64,000 nucleotides of DNA, taken from positions 128,150-192,149 of the forward strand of contig LIHN01000019.1 of the NCBI GenBank assembly GCA_001314545.1. The letters are read 5' to 3'. The first letter of the stretch is position 1. Each line of letters begins with the position of its first letter. Shown one piece after another: positions 58,272-64,000 of the stretch. The position numbers and the translations under genes are program-made. The notes under the pieces were generated by a model. It did no database searches. It was not told the DNA's origin and saw only the letters and a list, made by a program, of their open reading frames with translations. The DNA is from Bacteroidetes bacterium HLUCCA01. GTDB lineage: Bacteria > Bacteroidota > Rhodothermia > Balneolales > HLUCCA01.

Positions 58272-59332
58272 AAATCACCCGGTTATATTTCGCACTTTTC
58301 TCAATTGCGGTCATTACTGCAACAGGCTGCAGCGGGGGGAGCTCAACCCCTGCCGGTGACCAGGAAATTACGCCGAATCTGAATTTTTATAACTGGTCGT
58401 ACTACATAGCAGATCAGACCATCCCGGAATTTCAGCAGGAATTTGACGTACGGGTGAGATACGATAATTACAGCAGTAACAATGAACTCCTGGCCAAGCT
58501 GCAGGCCGGCGCCAGCGGGTACGACCTGATTGTTCCCAGTGACTACATGGTTCAGATTATGACGCAACTCAATTTACTGCAGCCCTTGCGCCCTGAAAAC
58601 ATTCCGAACCTGGTTAACATTGATCCCCGTTTCCGCAATCTTCCCTTTGATCCTGAAAACACCTACTCCATTCCTTACCAATGGGGTACCACCGGTCTGG
58701 CTATAAATACCCGGTATGTCACCGGAGAAACAGACACATGGGAAATTCTGTGGGACGCACGATATCGCGGGCGGATTTCCGTGCTGGATGATATGCGAAG
58801 CGGTCTGGTACCGGCCCTGAAACGACTCGGATACTCAGTGAATACCCGTGACGAGAATGAACTTCGGCAAGCCAGAGATCTCATGATTGAGCAGAAACCA
58901 CTGGTAAGAACCTACTCCAGTGAAACCTACATGGACCTGCTGAAGTCCGGTGATATCTGGATTGCACAGGGCTGGAGCGGCGATATTTATCAGGTCAGCA
59001 AAGAAAATCCGGATATCGTATTTGTTATACCACGGGAAGGATCCTACGTGTGGGTTGACAATCTGGTTATTCCCAATGGTGCACGTAATCGAACTACGGC
59101 TGAAGCATTTATCAATTTTGTACTTCGGGCCGATCAGAGTGCAGCCATAACCAACTACACCGGATATTCAAGTCCCAATCGTGCCGCCTTTCCGCTGATA
59201 CGGCGGGAATTACTTGAAGATCCGGGCATGTACCCTACGGATGAGGTCATGCAACGACTCGAGTTTATGGTAGATGTAGGCACAGCCACCAGTTTATACA
59301 ACCGAATGTGGAGTGAAATAAAAGCAAGATAG
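58268..59332 (+). CDS. potD: Polyamine ABC transporter substrate-binding lipoprotein (PotD-like)
   Basis: Lipobox ITATGC. LNFYNWSYYI, YDLIVPSDYM and PYQWGTTG are typical of PotD/PotF. Confidence 0.85.
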   Translation: MKITRLYFALFSIAVITATGCSGGSSTPAGDQEITPNLNFYNWSYYIADQTIPEFQQEFDVRVRYDNYSSNNELLAKLQAGASGYDLIVPSDYMVQIMTQLNLLQPLRPENIPNLVNIDPRFRNLPFDPENTYSIPYQWGTTGLAINTRYVTGETDTWEILWDARYRGRISVLDDMRSGLVPALKRLGYSVNTRDENELRQARDLMIEQKPLVRTYSSETYMDLLKSGDIWIAQGWSGDIYQVSKENPDIVFVIPREGSYVWVDNLVIPNGARNRTTAEAFINFVLRADQSAAITNYTGYSSPNRAAFPLIRRELLEDPGMYPTDEVMQRLEFMVDVGTATSLYNRMWSEIKAR

Positions 59333-59413
59333 GAGGTCGCCGAGCTGTCTGTGAAGCAATCTTCAGCTGCTTTTAGCTTTCGATAATCCAGTATATAAGC
59401 ATGAACACCCCGT

Positions 59414-59773
59414 ATGAGTACCGAGCTTAATCAGGAAAACTTCCGGCGAATCTACCGACTTAACTGGATTCTTTGCGGACCCTTGCTGCTGTTGTTCGGA
59501 TGGCCCTATTATTTGCTTGTGGTTCCCGGCGCCGGAGTGGAAGTTGGTCTGGCGGGAGGCTTTTTATTTTCGCTTACCTTCACGCTGACGATCTTACATG
59601 GTCACATTGCCGTAGCCCTGGGCAGCCTGCACATCGATCAATACTATGGCTGGCAGATGTCGAAAAAAGCGCTGTCCCGTCTGGCTTTCCACCCGGTACT
59701 CTTTACTACCCGGTTCCGGGTGATGGTCTTTTCCATAAGTATTGTTTTACTGATGGGAAGCCTGGTTCATTAA
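59414..59773 (+). CDS. Hypothetical small membrane protein (about 3 TM)
   Basis: 119-aa hydrophobic ORF followed by a terminator hairpin. No motif recognised. Confidence 0.45.
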   Translation: MSTELNQENFRRIYRLNWILCGPLLLLFGWPYYLLVVPGAGVEVGLAGGFLFSLTFTLTILHGHIAVALGSLHIDQYYGWQMSKKALSRLAFHPVLFTTRFRVMVFSISIVLLMGSLVH

Positions 59774-59779
59774 AACAGA

Positions 59780-59811
59780 AAAGGCCGGACTTTTATCAAG
59801 ACCGGCCTTTT
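59780..59811. terminator. Bidirectional hairpin terminator
   Basis: AAAGGCCGG (59780..59788) pairs with CCGGCCTTT (59802..59810). T-rich flanks on both strands. Sits between convergent genes. Confidence 0.6.
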
Positions 59812-59825
59812 CGGGGCAATTGGTT

Positions 59826-60206
59826 TTATCCTTGGTTGGGAACCCATGAAGAGCACCATCCAGCGGCAGTAACCGGTCCTGCGAACAACAGGCATCCGCC
59901 GCAACCGCCATTTTCAGGTTGCTTGTACAACTGGCAGTTATCACATCGCTGCTCTGGGATTTCTGTTTGTTCAACGTAATTCACGTTGGCGCGCATTTGC
60001 AGGTCATTTTCAGTCAGACCACTAACATCGGTGCAGGGATCCGCTGCGCTGGCTGCCGGAGCCTGTGCAGTTTCAGTTTGTTCTCCGCCGCCACCGCAGG
60101 CGGTTATCAGGGTAGATGCACCCACGGCAGCTACACCCATAAGGGAGAATTTTTTCAGGAACTCTTTTCGGTTTAATGCATTGTCCATAGCAGTAGGATT
60201 TTTCAA
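59826..60206 (-). CDS. High-potential iron-sulfur protein (HiPIP) with Tat-like signal and lipobox
   Basis: Cys pattern RCDNC..GGCGGC..GWCSSW. N-terminal NRKEFLKKFSLMGVAAVGASTLITAC. Confidence 0.85.
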   Translation of the reverse strand: MKNPTAMDNALNRKEFLKKFSLMGVAAVGASTLITACGGGGEQTETAQAPAASAADPCTDVSGLTENDLQMRANVNYVEQTEIPEQRCDNCQLYKQPENGGCGGCLLFAGPVTAAGWCSSWVPNQG

Positions 60207-60333
60207 TAGTTTGTTAAAGCTGTATTTGGTTAATGCACTAAGGTAACAACAACGTTCAGCAAAATCGCCTTTTTTGACAGTGTAGGCGCAATTTAGAATA
60301 AATCTTAAAGATGCATCCCAGTTGCATCACCGT

Positions 60334-60972
60334 CTATTCAGCCGACTTCTTCTCGTAGCAGTCGGCGAGCCGGTTGATTATTCTGGATTTTCTGGTTCTC
60401 ACGTTCAACGGTGAAATTCCGAATACCTTACTGATTCTGACCAGAGAGGCTTCCGGTCGTTTAAACATATATCCAATTAAGTCGCGTGAGCGTTCATCCA
60501 GGGTTTCCAGACAAAGCTTGAGTATACGCTGGCGATCTTCCTCGATGAGAGCCTCCAGCTGGTCGGCCGGCTCATTATAAAACATTTCCTGAAACACGGC
60601 GCTGCCGTTGCGTTGTTCGCGCTTCAGACAAGCGAAATACTCATTGCGGGCGATGACCATAAGATACGACGCTACATTGGTGTCATCAGTCAGTGTCCTG
60701 GAAACAATACGCTCCAGTACCAGAACAAACGACTGCTGCACGCACTCCCTGGCAAGATCCAGATTAGCCCCGAAGGTAATCACCAGATACTCCGTAAGCC
60801 GGGGAACCATGTCTGAGACAAAACGATCTATCAGCTCTTTGTCTCCCTGCAGAACGGCCCTCCTGAAATCCATGGTATGTGCTGAGGCTTCTTTCAAATC
60901 TTGTTGTTCCTGATGCTGTGATCTGGTGCTTCCCATGCAAAAGGCAGTATCGGCAAAAATTCGGCCAGCCAT
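60334..60972 (-). CDS. Sigma-70 family RNA polymerase sigma factor (ECF-like size)
   Basis: Region-2-like ..ECVQQSFVLVLERI..YLMVIARNEYFACLKRE and region-4 HTH-like LVRISKVFGISPLNVRTRKSRIINRL. The start is uncertain (60972, 60936 or 60873). Confidence 0.8.
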   Translation of the reverse strand: MAGRIFADTAFCMGSTRSQHQEQQDLKEASAHTMDFRRAVLQGDKELIDRFVSDMVPRLTEYLVITFGANLDLARECVQQSFVLVLERIVSRTLTDDTNVASYLMVIARNEYFACLKREQRNGSAVFQEMFYNEPADQLEALIEEDRQRILKLCLETLDERSRDLIGYMFKRPEASLVRISKVFGISPLNVRTRKSRIINRLADCYEKKSAE

Positions 60973-61131
60973 ATCAGCACCCGGAACTTTACCTCACCAT
61001 CTGCCAAATTCGACACACATGGCAGTTTTACCGCCAAAGCCAATATAACTTTTTTTAAGCAAACATAATGATTTCAAAATGGTGCAAATAAAAATTTGCG
61101 GTATTACACTTTATTTTTTACTATGTGTAAG

Positions 61132-61169
61132 AACAATAAAATCAATTATTTATGAATTATTTTATTGTT
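61132..61169. promoter_or_regulatory. Perfect 11-bp inverted repeat in an AT-rich divergent intergenic region
   Basis: AACAATAAAAT (61132..61142), a 16-nt spacer, then ATTTTATTGTT (61159..61169). Verified by hand. Confidence 0.4.
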
Positions 61170-61285
61170 AACTTGTAACAAAACCGTGGTTAAAAACTCT
61201 TAATACTGTAGGCAAGTACGCTCTGAAAACAGGGACGCTTTCTGCAAAACATTCACTACCCAACAAAACTCAAACGACTACCACT

Positions 61286-61483
61286 ATGAAAAACTCAAAA
61301 AACACCCTCGTTGCCGCTACCCTTACCTTCGCCATCGCTCTTGGTTGCGCAAACTTTATAGATATGACCGGTGAAACAACCGTACAGACGCCGGGTACCG
61401 GTCAGGAAGTAGCTGCTGTTGAAATCGAGTCAACCCTGAGCTGGGGTGCCCGCGAGGACATTATCATCATCCGACCCGATTAA
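61286..61483 (+). CDS. Small exported protein (65 aa), hypothetical
   Basis: MKNSKNTLVAATLTFAIALGC is a signal peptide with a possible lipobox Cys. It sits 93 nt upstream of the CHAT gene on the same strand. No other support. Confidence 0.4.
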   Translation: MKNSKNTLVAATLTFAIALGCANFIDMTGETTVQTPGTGQEVAAVEIESTLSWGAREDIIIIRPD

Positions 61484-61576
61484 AACGAACGTATCCATCT
61501 AGTTTTTCGGCAGAAGAAAGAGCGTGCAGGTAAATCATCACGATGTATTCGGATATAAAATGTATATTCTTTCGCG

Positions 61577-64000
61577 ATGCTGTCTTTCATACTACTTTTT
61601 CTTCTGCTACAGGGGGAACCTGACTCCGTTGCTGCCCTATCCCCCAGGGAACTTAGCCAGACCAACTTCCTGCTAGAACAACTGCAAAATCCGCAGGAGC
61701 AGGGGTATGCACTATGGTTGTTGGCTCAGCAACTTGATGTCCGACCAGAATTGGAGATTCATGTCAGGGAAAAACTACCGGATAATGGCGCTCCGGGTGC
61801 TGAAGTACTTCGATGCGCTCTGGAACAGACCTCTCTGGTAAGACCGGTTACCCGTGCCAGTCGACTGGAAGTACTGTATCTTTGCAGCGGTCAATCCGAT
61901 TTCCTGCTTGCAGCACTCTACGAATCTGCTGAAACCGATAAACAAGCTTTATTGGTTCGGCACGATGAAGCTATAACCAGGTTATCCCAGTCAGATATGC
62001 TGTTCAAGGCCTATGTTTCCAAGGCTCTGGATGAACCCTATGATGCGGCAACCCTGTTTGCAGACCGGGCTTTTCGCCCGGCTGACGTATATCTGTTCAA
62101 TGGGTACACCGGCGGGCAAGAAGCATCACATCAGGCGTTAATTGAATCCTGGAAGCAGGCAGTTAACGACCGTCGTGGGCTAATGCACCCATCACAGATG
62201 GTGATGATACTTACCGTTGTAACCGCACTGCACACGCAGGATGCAGATTATGCCGCCATACAAGAGCTTTCATCACAGATTTCTGGAAATAATCAATTCC
62301 CGGATATACAGCAGAAGCATGTCATGCTCAAACGCATGGCATTTGCCTCTGTTGTGCAGGGCTTTTTTCAGTCGGCCTTACAACTTTACCGCCAGGAATT
62401 AATTCCACTCAGCGATGCTATCGCTTCGCCCGAGGAATATCTCAGGGTTACCATTGATTATGGCAACATTCTGTTCCGACTGGGAAACGTAAACGGTGCC
62501 CTGCAAACGTACAAGTCTGTCTATGACAACCCGGCTACGGAAAATCTGGATTCTCGCTATCAGTCGGCCCTGCTCAACAACCTGGCAGTATCATACCTGA
62601 ATGCAGGTTTTTTCGAGGACTACATCAACCTGCAGATACTTGCTTACCAAAGGGCGGTTGAGACCGGAGAAATAGATGCCCAACTCCGGGCACTGGCAAA
62701 TCTGTACATATTCCACTGGAGAAACCAGGATTGGAACAATGCTGAAATCTACCTGAATGAAGCACTTCAGCTGGCCCTGACCCACGAAATGGATCGGGAG
62801 CTGGCCAACATATACATGCTGTTCAGTACCTATCACACAAATTTCAGCAACGATTACGATAAAGCACTGGAATTTATCAATCTCGCACAATCAGTCATTG
62901 ATCCGGATGCCGGGTATCGTGTTCTGATTGTGACCTTGTCGGAAAAAATTGGCCTGCTTCGTGATATGGGCCGTATCGATGAGGCAATTGAGGTCACCCG
63001 GGAAGCGCTGGAAATGGTGCAAGGTCGGGACGATAAGCAGGCCATAATTGAATTTACGAGTCAGCTTGCTGATCTGCTGATTGGGTCGCAGCGGCTGGCA
63101 GACGCCGCACCGTTGATAGACTCCCTCAGGGAAACCCAGACCAGCGATGTCAGTTTAAGCATTCGCGCCTCGGTTGTAAACACCATCACACGCTACACCC
63201 GTCTGGAAAGCCGTTCAGGCTTCAGCCACATTGATCAGCTGCGTGAAACGGTGAATGAGATTGTCAATGCTGTGCGACTCAGTGCAGACCTGCAAAGCGG
63301 TTTTGTTCGGCTGGAACCCGGGTACGAGGAATCATTCACCCTGCTGGTTGACGAACTTTTGCGTGTGGGTAAGTCGGCCGAGGCCGCGGTCTGGCTGGAT
63401 GAAATCAAAAATCTGAATAAGGCAGCCTATGTTAACTCAAACCTGCTGAAATCATCGTTGCTCTCAGAGGAGGAATTTTTGTATGACCTGCAGCTAACCA
63501 ATCAGATTGATCAACTCAGAATGCAACGTATTGGCGCAGCAGAGCAGGAGTACGTAGCGATGTCGACCCAACTGCTGCAGCTGATCAACGAAAAAAATGA
63601 AATCAACAATCGGATTCTGCGAGAATTCAGTGATAATCGGCTGCAAGTAGAGCAGTTACAACGTGTACTCAACGCTGATGAGCAGGCCCTGTCGTATCAT
63701 GCTATCGATACGGTGATGTATGTTGTACAAGTGAGCCGGGAGCATCTGGAAATCTCGAAGGTCAAGATTGATGAGGACTTGACAGGCCTCAGTGAGCAGA
63801 TTGTTGATAGTTTCGAAGGTATGCAAACCGACCTGCACGACTTACATCGCTTCTACAAAATTTTGGTTGAACCATACCTCGCTGATGACAAAGATCGCCT
63901 CTTCGTAATTCCTGACGCCTTCATGTATCGGATTCCGGTGGAAGCCCTGCCGGTTCATCGGCCTGAAGGTCGCGGGCAGTTCGGGCTTGCTACATATCTG
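61577..64000 (+). CDS. TPR-repeat / CHAT-domain (caspase-like protease) protein, 5' partial (continues past window end)
   Basis: By my own translation, the frame is open for 808 codons from ATG 61577 (in-frame TAA at 61556) to the window edge. It has a hydrophobic N-terminus (MLSFILLFLLLQ), TPR-like repeats (..ALLNNLAVSYLNAGFFEDY.., ..ALANLYIFHWRNQDWNNAEIYLNEAL..) and a coiled coil. Then comes the typical CHAT onset DRLFVIPDAFMYRIPVEALPV. It is not in the supplied ORF track. Confidence 0.8.
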   Translation, partial: MLSFILLFLLLQGEPDSVAALSPRELSQTNFLLEQLQNPQEQGYALWLLAQQLDVRPELEIHVREKLPDNGAPGAEVLRCALEQTSLVRPVTRASRLEVLYLCSGQSDFLLAALYESAETDKQALLVRHDEAITRLSQSDMLFKAYVSKALDEPYDAATLFADRAFRPADVYLFNGYTGGQEASHQALIESWKQAVNDRRGLMHPSQMVMILTVVTALHTQDADYAAIQELSSQISGNNQFPDIQQKHVMLKRMAFASVVQGFFQSALQLYRQELIPLSDAIASPEEYLRVTIDYGNILFRLGNVNGALQTYKSVYDNPATENLDSRYQSALLNNLAVSYLNAGFFEDYINLQILAYQRAVETGEIDAQLRALANLYIFHWRNQDWNNAEIYLNEALQLALTHEMDRELANIYMLFSTYHTNFSNDYDKALEFINLAQSVIDPDAGYRVLIVTLSEKIGLLRDMGRIDEAIEVTREALEMVQGRDDKQAIIEFTSQLADLLIGSQRLADAAPLIDSLRETQTSDVSLSIRASVVNTITRYTRLESRSGFSHIDQLRETVNEIVNAVRLSADLQSGFVRLEPGYEESFTLLVDELLRVGKSAEAAVWLDEIKNLNKAAYVNSNLLKSSLLSEEEFLYDLQLTNQIDQLRMQRIGAAEQEYVAMSTQLLQLINEKNEINNRILREFSDNRLQVEQLQRVLNADEQALSYHAIDTVMYVVQVSREHLEISKVKIDEDLTGLSEQIVDSFEGMQTDLHDLHRFYKILVEPYLADDKDRLFVIPDAFMYRIPVEALPVHRPEGRGQFGLATYL

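Noticed and set aside
59473-59979. 168-aa ORF overlapping the small membrane protein gene and running antisense into HiPIP
   Set aside because: It crosses the bidirectional terminator hairpin at 59780..59811 and overlaps two better-supported genes. Its Arg/Pro/Gly-rich composition is typical of an off-frame ORF.

Overview
Dense, largely housekeeping chromosomal window: about 50 protein genes on both strands and one tRNA-Pro(CGG). I recognise no rRNA, CRISPR array, transposase, integrase or phage genes. Gene content (Y_Y_Y/beta-propeller sensor kinases, HiPIP, LuxE/LuxC-like pair, DUF1460, GH20, a TAnnTTTG-type promoter before rpsU) suggests a Bacteroidota / Rhodothermota-Balneolota-like aerobe; this is inference only. 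Recognisable blocks, left to right: two exported beta-barrel-like genes that look frameshifted; a TIGR03643-AlkB-MsrB repair operon; an SbcD/SbcC (YhaO/YhaN)-like nuclease pair; an M19 dipeptidase; two paralogous orphan sensor kinases flanking a run of transporters with fused regulatory domains (SLC13-TrkA_C, Na/Pi, APC-Usp, AI-2E) and an ABC-F ATPase; rpsU followed by a 66-68 bp tandem terminator-like repeat; fbaB, dusB and a GH20 hexosaminidase; an operon of octaheme Otr-family cytochrome c, cytochrome b and split YeeE/YedE (one half fused to a rhodanese-like domain); dps; serS and leuS; a LuxE/LuxC-like pair with an abnormally short Gfo/Idh/MocA gene; a MacA-like adaptor with two FtsX permeases; potABCD; HiPIP. 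At the right edge lies a divergent ECF-type sigma factor / small exported ORF / TPR-CHAT protease locus. Its large ORF (61577 to window end) is absent from the supplied ORF track because it has no stop in the window. The best candidates for something new are the sigma/CHAT module and the octaheme-YeeE sulfur module. Neither can be shown to be novel from sequence alone, and most of the window is ordinary.
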